From Candidatus Bathyarchaeota archaeon (GTDB taxonomy: Archaea; Thermoproteota; Bathyarchaeia; Hecatellales; Hecatellaceae): a stretch of 64,000 nucleotides of DNA. How positions within the stretch are numbered: the stretch's first letter is position 1; each line of letters opens with the position of its first letter. The stretch is from NCBI GenBank assembly GCA_052246995.1, contig JBQPWD010000001.1, positions 142,652 to 206,651 of the forward strand, given 5' to 3'. Both the position numbers and the translations under genes were made by a program. Of this stretch, positions 27,972 to 39,236 are shown one piece after another. A model generated the notes under the pieces. The model was not told the DNA's origin. It saw nothing but the letters and a program-made list of their open reading frames with translations, and searched no databases.

Positions 27972-30026
27972 TTAAAGTGTTTGGCTAATTATTTCTGCGA
28001 CGTCTCTAACTAAAATTTTGTCATCTAAGCCTTCTTCTTTGACGGCTTCTTCAAGCATAATTAAGCATGATGGACATGCCACTGCAAGAATTTCCGCACC
28101 AGTTTCATAAGCCTCTTTAACCCTTATCCTACATGGTGTAGCTTCATTTTGAATTAGTAATCCGCATCCAAAACCTGTGTAAGAGTTTCCACTTCCCCCA
28201 CCACAACAAAGGGAGTTTTGCCTGTTTCTTCTCATTTCAACAAGCTTAACCATGGGTATAGACTCTAACACATGTCTTGGAGTGTTGTACTCGCTATTCC
28301 ATCTACCTAGAAAACATGGGTCATGAAATGTTATAGTTTTATCAACTTTATTTTTAAGTTCAAACTTCCCTTTGTCAAGTAATTCCATTATTAGCTGAGT
28401 GTAATGTTTTACGGTAAACTCTCCACCATAAAACCTGTAATAATTTTTCATAACATTGTAGGAATGCGGTGAAAACGTGACAATTTCCCTTACATTCAAA
28501 GATTTAAAAATTTGCACATTTGAATTAACAATTTCTTCAAACAAACCTGTTTCTCCAATTTCAAATGGCTCACTACCTGAACAGTTTTCAATTTCACCTA
28601 AAATTCCGAAAGAAACCTTAGCCTTAGACAGTACTTCTGCTAAGGTTTTAGCTGCTTTTTGCGCTCTTGGATGGTATGACCCCATATCCCCAACATAATA
28701 AAGAACTTGAACACTAGGCGTGTATCGTGGCACTTTCCAGTCTGCCCACTCACCTCTTTTTGCTCTGGGTAGCCCAAAGGGATTACCATGCTTGTAAATA
28801 TTTTCCAAAATTTCTTTTATCTTGGTAGGCACAATCCCCTTCTCAATGCTTTGTATCCTCATTTTCCTAGAAATTTCGGCGCTATCAACCTTAACAGGAC
28901 ATACTTCTTTACAAGCATTACAAAGTAGACAGAACCAAGCTAAGGGTTCAGCATTCTCCATACCTTCGGTGACTGCTGTCCACCCTACACCCATAGGACC
29001 TCCATAAACTTTCCCACCCCAAAAATTTCCATTAACTATCCAAATGGGGCATGAAACCTGGCATCGCCCACATTTAACACATCGTAGTTGTTCTTTTAAC
29101 AAGTAATGCTTTGATGCTTTAAGTCTTCCACCATCATAAATTATTACATAAACTTCTCGTGCACCATGAGCACCGTAAACTCTTTTGTATTCTATGTCTG
29201 CAGTGCTACTGACTCCTGAGATTATGTTTAGATATGTAGGGGGGTAGAGTCCAGCGTAGCCAGACTGCACCATAACCTGTAATAATGCATCTTTAAAAGT
29301 TGGTACAATTTTTTCCACACTAGCGATTATAATATGAACCGGGGGGAAGGCGAGTATATTATTGACGTTACCCTCATTATGCACTATAAAAATTGCACCC
29401 GTGTCTGCGGCTATCGCGTTTGCACCGCTTATTCCCACATCAGCCCTTACAAACTTCTCCCTTAGAAAGCTTCTAAAAAGTAAGACAAGTTCTTCATGAG
29501 TTGAACTTTTATTTACGGATAAACCTAAACGTTGAGAAAAAAGCTCCGTAACCTGTTCTTTACTTAGGTGAAGCGCGGGAACTATAGCATGCATCGGCTT
29601 ACTATTTGATATTTGAATTAAAAATTCACCTAGGTCTGTTTCATAAACTTCATGCCCAATTTCAGTAAGATGTTCTCTTAGCCTAACCTCCTCTGTAACC
29701 ATGGACTTAGCTTTTACAATCAACTTCTTTCCTTTACCAATAATTCTGTCAACAATTTCTAAGACTTCTTCTGTGCTACTTGCAAGATAAGCCTGAGCTC
29801 CTGAGGCATTTATATTCTTAATGGCTTGGCTAACGTAATATTCAAGTTTCTCCAGAAATTCTTCCCGAACGCTTTTAACATGTTCAGCAACTTCAGAAAG
29901 CTCAGGATGCTTTTTCAAAATGTTATCTACAGAGCTAAGAACGTTAGCAACCGCCCCCCTAAGACCTTTCTGCAACTCCAGATTTTTCTGGGCATTTATC
30001 ATTTCCATTACAAGTATCTTTAACAT
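27972..30026 (-). CDS. Fe-S oxidoreductase: LUD (LutB/LutC-like) domain fused to a 2x[4Fe-4S] ferredoxin and CCG domains (LutA/GlcF/HdrD-like)
   Basis: 684 aa. Central CVKCGRCQVSCP and FCLLCNACKEVCP are 4Fe-4S motifs. The C-terminal HDPCF...CCGGG...ACPSC are CCG repeats. The N-terminal half resembles the LUD domain. Confidence 0.7.
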   Translation of the reverse strand: MLKILVMEMINAQKNLELQKGLRGAVANVLSSVDNILKKHPELSEVAEHVKSVREEFLEKLEYYVSQAIKNINASGAQAYLASSTEEVLEIVDRIIGKGKKLIVKAKSMVTEEVRLREHLTEIGHEVYETDLGEFLIQISNSKPMHAIVPALHLSKEQVTELFSQRLGLSVNKSSTHEELVLLFRSFLREKFVRADVGISGANAIAADTGAIFIVHNEGNVNNILAFPPVHIIIASVEKIVPTFKDALLQVMVQSGYAGLYPPTYLNIISGVSSTADIEYKRVYGAHGAREVYVIIYDGGRLKASKHYLLKEQLRCVKCGRCQVSCPIWIVNGNFWGGKVYGGPMGVGWTAVTEGMENAEPLAWFCLLCNACKEVCPVKVDSAEISRKMRIQSIEKGIVPTKIKEILENIYKHGNPFGLPRAKRGEWADWKVPRYTPSVQVLYYVGDMGSYHPRAQKAAKTLAEVLSKAKVSFGILGEIENCSGSEPFEIGETGLFEEIVNSNVQIFKSLNVREIVTFSPHSYNVMKNYYRFYGGEFTVKHYTQLIMELLDKGKFELKNKVDKTITFHDPCFLGRWNSEYNTPRHVLESIPMVKLVEMRRNRQNSLCCGGGSGNSYTGFGCGLLIQNEATPCRIRVKEAYETGAEILAVACPSCLIMLEEAVKEEGLDDKILVRDVAEIISQTL

Positions 30027-30184
30027 GATTTTTTCATCATAATTGACCTTAATATTTCCTTTGCTTTAAGTTACTTCCCTAAATTGATCCGGTTATTGAA
30101 ATGATGAGAATGAAAGCAGTGATGGAGGAAAAGCGTATGAGAAAACTTTGAGTAAAAACTTTATATATGGTGTGATTTAAGTGA

Positions 30185-30433
30185 ATGTGTAGGTTCTGTG
30201 AAAGTGGTGAGCTTAAGGCTAAGTTTTTTGCTTTGCTTAGGGAGGATGTTGAGTTTCGTTATGCTGTTGCAGGTTTGCTTGGTTTTGAAGAAATACTTCG
30301 TAGAATGGATAAACACAAAGCAGAACTAGTAAAACTTAGAGAAGATGTACTTCTAGATAAAAATAAACTTGAAAGGTTAAGTTGGACTCCCCACCACCTT
30401 GGCAAGCAAGTTATAAGAAAAACTGTTAATTAA
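30185..30433 (+). CDS. Hypothetical small protein
   Basis: 82 aa. N-terminal CRFC, then charged helical sequence. No recognised family. Confidence 0.3.
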   Translation: MCRFCESGELKAKFFALLREDVEFRYAVAGLLGFEEILRRMDKHKAELVKLREDVLLDKNKLERLSWTPHHLGKQVIRKTVN

Positions 30434-30650
30434 TTACAAACAACTAACATTAAACGAATAGTTTAAAAAATGTAAGCCAAAAGCTTGTACGCAAGTTATA
30501 GTTAACATGCTTGAGGGTGTTGAAGGTTATCTTTGCAAGTCTAGTATTATCCTCTAAGCTCTCCCTACGTTTCTACTTAAATCCTGTTTTCTCCTTTCTG
30601 TTTTATCAAAATTTTTAGAAAAAGCTACTTTCTCTACTTACTATGGTTAG

Positions 30651-30752
30651 CGGGCCCGGCGGGATTTGAACCCGCGACCTTTGGCTCCGGAGGCTTTCAT
30701 CCAACCCTTTTTTTAGGTTGGTCAATGTCCTATCCAGCTAGACCACGGGCCC
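30651..30752 (-). tRNA. tRNA-Arg (anticodon CCG) with a 28-nt intron at a non-canonical position; no encoded CCA
   Basis: Reverse complement: GGGCCCG-TG-GTCT-AGCTGGATA-GGAC-A-TTG^[ACCAACCTAAAAAAAGGGTTGGATGAAA]^GC-CTCCGGA-GCCAA-AGGTC-GCGGG-TTCAAAT-CCCGC-CGGGCCC-G. Splicing restores a perfect TTGGC/GCCAA anticodon stem with loop CT-CCG-GA. The intron contains a CCAACC/GGTTGG helix. The intron plus-strand coordinates are about 30695-30722. Confidence 0.7.
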
Positions 30753-31138
30753 TATCCCTTCCTGTCTTGTTTTTCTTGCTTAATTCTTGGAGAAGTTTGG
30801 TTATGGGTATATATACACTTTCAAAGAGAACACTAAATTATATGAGGGTTGCGGAGATGTTATGGTTTATTTTGACGAGTTAGCGGCTATGAGAGGTGGA
30901 AGGCTTTATATCATTTTGAACGCAGTTAAGAGTCTCCTAAGATTCTATAGAATTATGGTTCAGGAAATTTATCATTCAAGAAGGACGTTAAATATTTGAA
31001 TAAAATTCTAACAAAGGAGGATATCCTGGATTTTGGCATATGAGTTATTGGTTTCTCTACTACTTTAACAGTATCTAGAATGGTTCTAGGCTGTTTTCCT
31101 AGGTTTTCTTTTAGTATGCTTTTTTAACTTATCTAGCT

Positions 31139-32521
31139 TTAACCTTTTAGAATCTCCTCTTCTGACGGAGGCTGTTTTATTAAATCATGTTTCATTAACA
31201 ACTCCATTGATTCTCTAGCATTCTTAATTATTACCGAAGCCCGTTCGTACAGTTCTTGTCTACTAAGCTTAATCCTTGCTATACCCTGTTCTATTGAGCT
31301 TAATGCGCATGCAACCGCTACTCTCGGAAAAACTTCCCATTCCTCCATCCTTGGCAAAATGTACTTTTCATGTATTCCTCTTTCTTCAGCAAATCTTGCA
31401 AGTTCCTGGGCGGCAGCTATGCATGTGTCATCTGTCACGGTTTTTGCTCTTACATCTAAGATTCCGCGGAAAATTGCTGGAAACCCTAGGCTGTTATTTA
31501 CTTGGTTGTGGAAGTCACTTCTTCCCGTGGCTACGATTTTAGCGCCTGCCTCCTCCGCCTCCCACGGCCATATTTCAGGTATCGGGTTGGCGCAGGCAAA
31601 CACTATAGAATCATCAGCCATACTCTCCACCCACTCCTTCTTTATTGTTCCAGGTCCTGGTTTTGAGGCTGCGACAACCGCATCTACACCTTTGAAAGCC
31701 TCTGCTATGTCTCCCATCCTATTTTCTGCGTTTGTTTTCTGAGCGAGGTCATATTTCCACGGGTCTTCTTCCTTTATTATGTCTTTTCGGTTGCGATGTA
31801 CTATTCCCTTACTGTCAACAATTATTATGTTTTTCGGGTTAATTCCCCACCTTATTAGGATGTATGCTGTTCTGATGTTGGCTGCGCCTGCTCCGAATAG
31901 AGTTATAAGGCTTTCTTTAGGGTTTTTTCCAACTATTTTGAATGCGTTTATCAAACCTGCAAGAACGACTGTTGCTGTTCCCTGCTGGTCGTCATGCCAT
32001 ACTGGAATTTGCAGCCGTTCTCTAGTCTTTTCTAAAATATAGAAGCATTTCGGTTTTTCTATATCTTCTAGGTTTATTCCGCCGAAGGAAGGTTCAATAA
32101 CCTCACAAACCCTTGCTATTTCTTCCAGATTTTTAGTTTTTAGACAAATCGGGAAAGCATCCACACCACCCAAATACTTAAAAAGCAAGGCCTTTCCTTC
32201 CATAACTGGCATAGCTGCCTCAGGACCTATATCTCCTAGGCCCAGCACACGTGTCCCGTCTGATACGACAGCAACATGATTCCATCGGCTTGTTAACTCA
32301 AAGGATTTATCAGTGTTTGCTTGAATTTCTTTGCATGGTGTTGCAACGCCAGGGGTATACCATATTGCAAAGTCTTCATAGCTTCTTATAACACATTTCG
32401 GCATAATTTGAATCTTTCCCTCGTAAAACTTGTGCATTGGAGTAGCCAGCTGGGACGGTTTCTTTGCCTTAGCTAAAAGTTCCTCCACCGTTGGCTTTCC
32501 TTTCCAGCTTGCTTGAGGCAT
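31139..32521 (-). CDS. NAD(P)-dependent malic enzyme (oxaloacetate-decarboxylating malate dehydrogenase)
   Basis: 460 aa. FAIWYTPGVA, VVSDGTRVLGLGDIG, the dinucleotide fold ITLFGAGAANI and a conserved malic-enzyme C-terminal domain. Confidence 0.8.
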   Translation of the reverse strand: MPQASWKGKPTVEELLAKAKKPSQLATPMHKFYEGKIQIMPKCVIRSYEDFAIWYTPGVATPCKEIQANTDKSFELTSRWNHVAVVSDGTRVLGLGDIGPEAAMPVMEGKALLFKYLGGVDAFPICLKTKNLEEIARVCEVIEPSFGGINLEDIEKPKCFYILEKTRERLQIPVWHDDQQGTATVVLAGLINAFKIVGKNPKESLITLFGAGAANIRTAYILIRWGINPKNIIIVDSKGIVHRNRKDIIKEEDPWKYDLAQKTNAENRMGDIAEAFKGVDAVVAASKPGPGTIKKEWVESMADDSIVFACANPIPEIWPWEAEEAGAKIVATGRSDFHNQVNNSLGFPAIFRGILDVRAKTVTDDTCIAAAQELARFAEERGIHEKYILPRMEEWEVFPRVAVACALSSIEQGIARIKLSRQELYERASVIIKNARESMELLMKHDLIKQPPSEEEILKG

Positions 32522-32945
32522 ATTTTTTCACAAAGAATTGTTATATGATGCCAGATTTAAGTGTTAGGATTAGTTTTCAATATTCTACGTTTTAATTACG
32601 TAGTCAAATGTGGAAGTGAAAAAGTTAAAAAACTGTTTGCAATTAGAATATTTTATTTGTTAGAAGTAAGATGTGTTATCGATTATTATCCTTCTAAGAC
32701 TTCTTTTGAAACTTTGAAAATAAGCCAAGAAAGTTTATGTCTTTAGATAGGTAGATGCTACAGAGGATGTCGTTAAGGAACTTGTAAGGGAATTTTTTGT
32801 TGATAAAGGTTGATGTGTAGCAACAAACGGCGTAAACATGGTTGGGAAGAAGTTTTTCTGCATCACATTCAAATCGGTATGTTAATGGTAAATAGATAAA
32901 TTTTTCTTCATCCTAATTTCTAGTTAAGTAAATTTAGGGGTTTCT

Positions 32946-33737
32946 ATGATGATTAATTATGAGCTTGTTAAACGTTTAGCTAAAGATATTGTTTCCTCTA
33001 GGAAAAGTGTTGCATTAACAGGTGCGGGAATTTCAACTGAAAGCGGTATTCCAGATTTTAGAGGACCTCACGGCATCTGGAAAAAATATGATCCAAAAGA
33101 TTTTACATATTCAGCCTTTATAAGTGACCCAAAAAAGTTCTGGATTTTGAGGGTTCAAAGAATGAAGGAGGGTTTTGACGTTTTAAAGGCTAAGCCTAAT
33201 CCTGCTCATTATGCTTTGGCTAGACTTGAAGAGCTGGGGCTTCTCCATTGCATTATAACCCAGAATATTGATGGTTTACATCAAAAAGCTGGGAGTAAAC
33301 GTGTTATAGAGTTTCATGGAGATAGTAGAAGAGCTAAGTGTATTAAATGTGGAAATTTTTACCCAATGGAAGAGGCCATAGCCAAGGTTGAGAAAGGTGA
33401 AATTCCTCCAACATGTTCCTATTGCGGCGGAGTTTTAAAACCGAATACAATATTGTTTGAGGAACCAATACCATATGAAGCTTTAATTGAATCTCAAAGA
33501 GAAGCTAGAACATGTAATTTAATGATTGTTGCGGGAACATCAGCTGTAGTTTACCCTGCAGCAGATCTACCAAGGATAGCAAAAATGGCTGGAGCTAGGG
33601 TTGTTGAGGTTAATGCTGAACCTACACCATTAACAAGAATAACATCTGACTACATTATTGAAGGTAAATGTGGTGAAATTCTGCCAAGGGTGGTGGATGA
33701 AGTGGAAAAAATTTTAAAAGAAAAGGGACAACTTTAA
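32946..33737 (+). CDS. cobB: Sir2-family NAD-dependent protein deacylase
   Basis: 263 aa. LTGAGISTESGIPDFRG, the Zn ribbon CIKCG...CSYCGG and QNIDGLH. Confidence 0.85.
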   Translation: MMINYELVKRLAKDIVSSRKSVALTGAGISTESGIPDFRGPHGIWKKYDPKDFTYSAFISDPKKFWILRVQRMKEGFDVLKAKPNPAHYALARLEELGLLHCIITQNIDGLHQKAGSKRVIEFHGDSRRAKCIKCGNFYPMEEAIAKVEKGEIPPTCSYCGGVLKPNTILFEEPIPYEALIESQREARTCNLMIVAGTSAVVYPAADLPRIAKMAGARVVEVNAEPTPLTRITSDYIIEGKCGEILPRVVDEVEKILKEKGQL

Positions 33738-34210
33738 CCAAAAAACTTTTTAAGTCTATTATAGGTTTGATTTAGCGTTTCAGGTATAACCTTTGTATTT
33801 GCTATGACTGGCATATAGTTTGTGTCACCACCCCATCTTGGAACAATATGGGTATGAATATGGTTTTCCACTCCAGCTCCCGCCACCTTTCCAATGTTTA
33901 CTCCTATGTTAAATCCTCTGGGCTTAAAGGCTTTTTTCAGGTTTATTATGCTTTCCCTCACAATCTTAAAATGTTCATATAATTCTTCATCAGTCAAACT
34001 TTCAAGATTTTTTACATGTTTAAATGGTGCAACCATGAGATGTCCATTATTGTAGGGATAGTTGTTTAACACAACATAGTTCCATTTTCCTCTAAGGAGG
34101 ACATAGTTTTTCTCATCTTTTTTTTCCTTTGCTATTTTACAAAAGATGCATCCGTGTGGCTTTTTCATTAAAATGTATTTTATTCTCCATGGTGCCCAAA
34201 GATGCTTCAA
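33734..34210 (-). CDS. HIT-family (histidine triad) nucleotide hydrolase/transferase
   Basis: 158 aa. The histidine triad ENHIHTHIVPRW, the N-terminal WAPWR box and CIFC. Its 3' end overlaps sir2 by 4 nt, in convergent orientation. Confidence 0.75.
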   Translation of the reverse strand: MKHLWAPWRIKYILMKKPHGCIFCKIAKEKKDEKNYVLLRGKWNYVVLNNYPYNNGHLMVAPFKHVKNLESLTDEELYEHFKIVRESIINLKKAFKPRGFNIGVNIGKVAGAGVENHIHTHIVPRWGGDTNYMPVIANTKVIPETLNQTYNRLKKFFG

Positions 34211-34269
34211 GTAACATCCCTTCTAAACAAAAATTAAATATTTCTTATATAATTAAACCTTTTACATAG

Positions 34270-35328
<1,059 letters not shown>

Positions 35329-35429
35329 TTGATACATAGCCTTATGGACGAATTTATTTTTTATCTACAAAAACTTAGTAGGAAAAATTAATAAGCATAT
35401 TTTGTTTTAAATTTTGAAACAAAAAATGG

Positions 35430-35852
35430 TTGCGGAAAATGGCTGCATGGTTTGAACTTGGTATACTCCACTTAACTCTAGGAATGGTTATAACTTTCCT
35501 CTTTTCAATTATACTAGCCCTAGTAGTTCAAGCTACACGCTTATTTGTTGGAGTAGGTGAAAAGATAAATTCGGTCAGAAAGGCGGATAAAATGTTTAAA
35601 ACATACAAGAATGAGATACTGGTTGGTGTTTTATCTTCAATACTTTACAATTCCGAAATCCTACGAGAAGGGAAGGTTGCACCTTTTAAATCAACTTCTG
35701 TTAAGGCTAGGCCTTATAATTGTTGGAGCCTAGCTGGAAGGTTTGAGTATACTGATTTTATAAGTTATGCTCGTAACTGGACTAACAGTTTAGGCTGGGC
35801 TTCACTATCAAAAGCTAAATTCTATAAGAGAAGGTGTAAACCATGCGCGTAA
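35430..35852 (+). CDS. OadG-like (decarboxylase sodium-pump gamma) membrane subunit with extended C-terminus
   Basis: The N-terminal FELGILHLTLGMVITFLFSIILALVV resembles the OadG TM anchor. Its stop overlaps the start of the next gene (tgcgcgTAA / ATGcgcg). Confidence 0.45.
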   Translation: MRKMAAWFELGILHLTLGMVITFLFSIILALVVQATRLFVGVGEKINSVRKADKMFKTYKNEILVGVLSSILYNSEILREGKVAPFKSTSVKARPYNCWSLAGRFEYTDFISYARNWTNSLGWASLSKAKFYKRRCKPCA

Positions 35853-36337
35853 AAAGAAAAGCTAGAATTGTTTTTGAAGGCAAACCCTATGAGGTTGAAA
35901 TATCCTTAGAGAATGTTCAGCAAAACCCCGTTTTGATGGAAGTTTTTCTGAACGGGAAAACCTATAAGGTTGTTGTCTCAAGAGGAGAGATTAGCCCGGA
36001 CACGCATTCCTTGTTAACTCCTGCCAAGACAATGGTAGTTGAAGAGAAGAAAGTTGAGGCATCAAAACCTCCAACTTTAAAAGTGTCAGAAGAAAAGCCT
36101 AGACGTGAAGCTCTCAGAGGGTTTGTTGTTGAAAGTCCGCTACCAGGTAAGATTGTAAATGTTAAGGTTTCTCCTGGTGAAAGAGTTAATGCTGGCGACC
36201 CGCTTCTTGTTATAGATTCAATGAAGATGGAAAACGTTATCCCATCACCTAAGACGGGGGTTATCCTGGAAGTTAAGGTTTCGGTTGGACAAAGCGTACA
36301 AACAGGCACACCCTTAATAGTAATATCTGATGAGTAA
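35843..36337 (+). CDS. Biotin carboxyl carrier subunit (MmdC/GcdC-like)
   Basis: 164 aa. The N-terminal PYEVEIS...TYKVVV strand segment, the C-terminal biotinyl domain and LVIDSMKMENVIPSP (biotinyl-Lys in MKM). Confidence 0.75.
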   Translation: MRVKRKARIVFEGKPYEVEISLENVQQNPVLMEVFLNGKTYKVVVSRGEISPDTHSLLTPAKTMVVEEKKVEASKPPTLKVSEEKPRREALRGFVVESPLPGKIVNVKVSPGERVNAGDPLLVIDSMKMENVIPSPKTGVILEVKVSVGQSVQTGTPLIVISDE

Positions 36338-36375
36338 ATTGCTTCAATTAAAAAATTGTAGTTCTTGGTGAAAAA

Positions 36376-37518
36376 ATGGGATTTGAAATCGGGTTTTTGC
36401 ATGAATTTTTTAAATATATAACAACTTACACAGCTTTCAACGTGATAACCTTAGGACAAATCATCATGATGGTTTTTGCAATAACTTTGATATATCTTGC
36501 AGTAGCAAAGGAATATGAACCCTTTGTTCTTTTACCAATAGGGATTGGCTGTCTACTTTCAAACGTACCCTTAGGGCATCTCCCAGAAGTCGGAGGATTA
36601 TTTTACCTAATTCGTAAATATCTGATTGATACGGAAATTCTGCCGGTAATTGTGTTTATATGTATCGGTGCAATGACCGACTTTGGGCCTCTTCTTTCAA
36701 GGCCTTTACCGAGCTTTATTATGGCTGCTGGTGCACAGCTTGGAATATTTATAACCTTAATATTATGCTTAGTTGTTGGTTACACCCCAAGAGAAGCTGC
36801 AGCTATAGGCATAATTGGAAGTGCTGATGGTCCTACAACAATATTCACGTGTGCTAAGCTTGCGCCTGAACTGCTTGGGCCTGTTGCCGCATCTTGCTAT
36901 CTGTATATGGCAATGGTACCAATAATTCAACCTCCAATAGTTTACGCGCTTACAACAAAAAAGGAAAGAGCAACCTACATGCCTCCAAAAATACGTGAAG
37001 TATCTAAGATTGAGAGAATACTTTTCCCCGTTTTCTGTCTTCTGATAGGATGTTTACTTGTCCCTCATGCTACCCCCCTGATAGGGGCAATAGCAATAGG
37101 AAACCTTCTCAGAGAATCAGGCGTGGTTGATAGACTCGCAAAAGCCGCAGAAAATGAACTTTTAAACATTGCAACAATACTTTTAGGTTTAGGTGTAGGT
37201 GGATCTTTAACCGCGGAGGTTTTTCTAAAGCCGGAAGTGTTGCTTGTTTTTGTATTTGGTGTTGTAGGATTTGCTGGTGGAACTGTTGGTGGACTTTTAC
37301 TAGGAAAATTACTCTATATAGCATCTAATGGTAAGGTTAACCCAATAATAGGTATTGCTGGAGTTTCAGCTGTCCCCATGACCGCTAGAGTTAGTCAATA
37401 TCTAGCTTCAAAAGATAACCCATCAAACTTTGTATTAATGCATGCTATGGGTCCAAATATTGGTGGTGTTATAGCTTCAGCAATTGCTGCCGGATACTTG
37501 ATTAGCGTTTTTGGATAA
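36376..37518 (+). CDS. Na+-transporting decarboxylase beta subunit (OadB/MmdB/GcdB family)
   Basis: 380 aa polytopic membrane protein. IGAMTDFGPLL, GIIGSADGPT and the overall architecture match the beta subunit. Confidence 0.8.
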   Translation: MGFEIGFLHEFFKYITTYTAFNVITLGQIIMMVFAITLIYLAVAKEYEPFVLLPIGIGCLLSNVPLGHLPEVGGLFYLIRKYLIDTEILPVIVFICIGAMTDFGPLLSRPLPSFIMAAGAQLGIFITLILCLVVGYTPREAAAIGIIGSADGPTTIFTCAKLAPELLGPVAASCYLYMAMVPIIQPPIVYALTTKKERATYMPPKIREVSKIERILFPVFCLLIGCLLVPHATPLIGAIAIGNLLRESGVVDRLAKAAENELLNIATILLGLGVGGSLTAEVFLKPEVLLVFVFGVVGFAGGTVGGLLLGKLLYIASNGKVNPIIGIAGVSAVPMTARVSQYLASKDNPSNFVLMHAMGPNIGGVIASAIAAGYLISVFG

Positions 37519-37632
37519 GCTTTGTTAACCTCCCCTAACAAACTGTCTTTCTCTTGTAGCATCATTGGTTAACCAGTAAATTTATTACGTTCTTCAAGTT
37601 TATCCTTACCATAAACAGTTGGAGGTTAAAAT

Positions 37633-39228
37633 TTGAGCGGAAAAGGAAGTGAAGATAGAGAAGTAAAAGAAAAGTTGTTAACCATGCTTAGTGAGAGAAA
37701 AAAGAAGATTGTAGAAATGGGTGGAAGTAAAGCTATTGAAAGACAGCATAGTCTTGGTAAGCTTACTGCTAGAGAAAGAATTGAGCTTCTACTTGACAAG
37801 GGAAGTTTTGTTGAAATAGGCATGTTTGTCAAGCATAGAGGAAAAGAGTTTGGGTTAGATAAAAGAGAAATTCCATCAGATGGTGTTGTTACAGGGTTTG
37901 GTAAAATTAACGGTAGAAAGGTGTATATAGCGTCTCAGGATTTTACAAGCGTTGGTGGAACCCTTGGTGAGATGCATGCGAGAAAGATATGTGAAGTTTT
38001 AGATAGAGCGGCAAGGGAAGGTTGCCCAGTAATAATCATAAACGATTCTGGTGGTGCAAGAATTCAGGAAGGTGTTGATGCTTTATCAGGTTACGGTCAA
38101 ATATTCTACAGAAATACAAGATATTCCGGAGTTATTCCGCAAATTTGTGCAATTATTGGTCCATGTGCAGGTGGAGCTGTATACTCTCCAGCATTAATGG
38201 ACTTCATATTCATGGTTGAAGGTATAAGTTATGCCTTTATTACAGGTCCAAGAGTAATTAAAGAGGTTATAGGTGAGGAAGTAAGTGAAATGGAGCTTGG
38301 CGGCGCAACAGTACAACAACAGAAATCTGGTGTTTGCCATAGGGTTGAGAAAAGCGAAGAAGAATGTTTTAAGAACATTAGAAGACTTCTGAGCTATCTT
38401 CCATCAAACAACCTTGAAGATCCACCAAGAGTTGATACTGGAGACGACCCAAATAGAATTGATGAAGGGCTCTTTGATGTTGTTCCGGCAGACCCAGCGA
38501 GACCATACGATATGTATGAAATTATTAAAAGAGTTTTTGATGTACCATTAGAAGGTGAGGAGGAAAACTTTTTTGATATATTGCCAATGTTTGCTCCAAA
38601 CATTATAACGTGCTTTGCACGTTTAAACGGCTACTCTGTAGGTATAATTGCCAACCAACCGAAGTTTAAAGCTGGCTGCTTAGATATAGATGCATCAGAT
38701 AAAGCTTCAAGGTTTATACGTTTTTGCAATGCATTCAACATACCTCTAATAAACCTGGTTGATGTTCCAGGATATCTACCGGGAACGGAGCAGGAATGGG
38801 GTGGAATTATCAGACATGGAGCAAAAATGCTTTATGCATACTCTGAGGCGACAGTACCTAAGATAACCCTCATTATTCGCAAAGCTTATGGTGGCTCATA
38901 CTTGGCTATGTGTAGCAAAGACCTTGGAGCAGATACAGTTTTAGCTTGGCCTACAACTGAACTTGCAGTTATGGGTCCTGAGGGGGCTGCCCAAATAATA
39001 TTCAGAGATGAAATTGAAAAAGCACCAGATCCCAAAAAAGCTTTGGTTGAAAAAATTAAGCTTTACCGTGAAACATTCGCAAACCCGTGGAGAGCAGCAG
39101 AAAATCTACATATTGATGATGTTATAGATCCAGCTGAAACCAGGCCGAGACTTATTAAGGCGTTGGAGCAAGCTTTAACCAAGCGTGACCAGCTTCCTCC
39201 AAAAAAGCATGGAATTATGCCGGTGTAA
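37633..39228 (+). CDS. Acyl-CoA carboxyltransferase (methylmalonyl-CoA decarboxylase alpha / propionyl-CoA carboxylase beta family)
   Basis: 531 aa with TTG start. Two crotonase-like CT halves. IICAIIGPCAGGAVYSPALMDFIFMV and ...GYLPGTEQEWGGIIRHGAKMLYAY... are family hallmarks. Confidence 0.85.
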   Translation: MSGKGSEDREVKEKLLTMLSERKKKIVEMGGSKAIERQHSLGKLTARERIELLLDKGSFVEIGMFVKHRGKEFGLDKREIPSDGVVTGFGKINGRKVYIASQDFTSVGGTLGEMHARKICEVLDRAAREGCPVIIINDSGGARIQEGVDALSGYGQIFYRNTRYSGVIPQICAIIGPCAGGAVYSPALMDFIFMVEGISYAFITGPRVIKEVIGEEVSEMELGGATVQQQKSGVCHRVEKSEEECFKNIRRLLSYLPSNNLEDPPRVDTGDDPNRIDEGLFDVVPADPARPYDMYEIIKRVFDVPLEGEEENFFDILPMFAPNIITCFARLNGYSVGIIANQPKFKAGCLDIDASDKASRFIRFCNAFNIPLINLVDVPGYLPGTEQEWGGIIRHGAKMLYAYSEATVPKITLIIRKAYGGSYLAMCSKDLGADTVLAWPTTELAVMGPEGAAQIIFRDEIEKAPDPKKALVEKIKLYRETFANPWRAAENLHIDDVIDPAETRPRLIKALEQALTKRDQLPPKKHGIMPV

Positions 39229-39236
39229 GGTAAAAA

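Noticed and set aside
30787-30999. 70 aa ORF immediately after the intron-containing tRNA
   Set aside because: Odd composition (MEKFGYGYIYTF...), no ribosome-binding site and no family resemblance. Probably chance.
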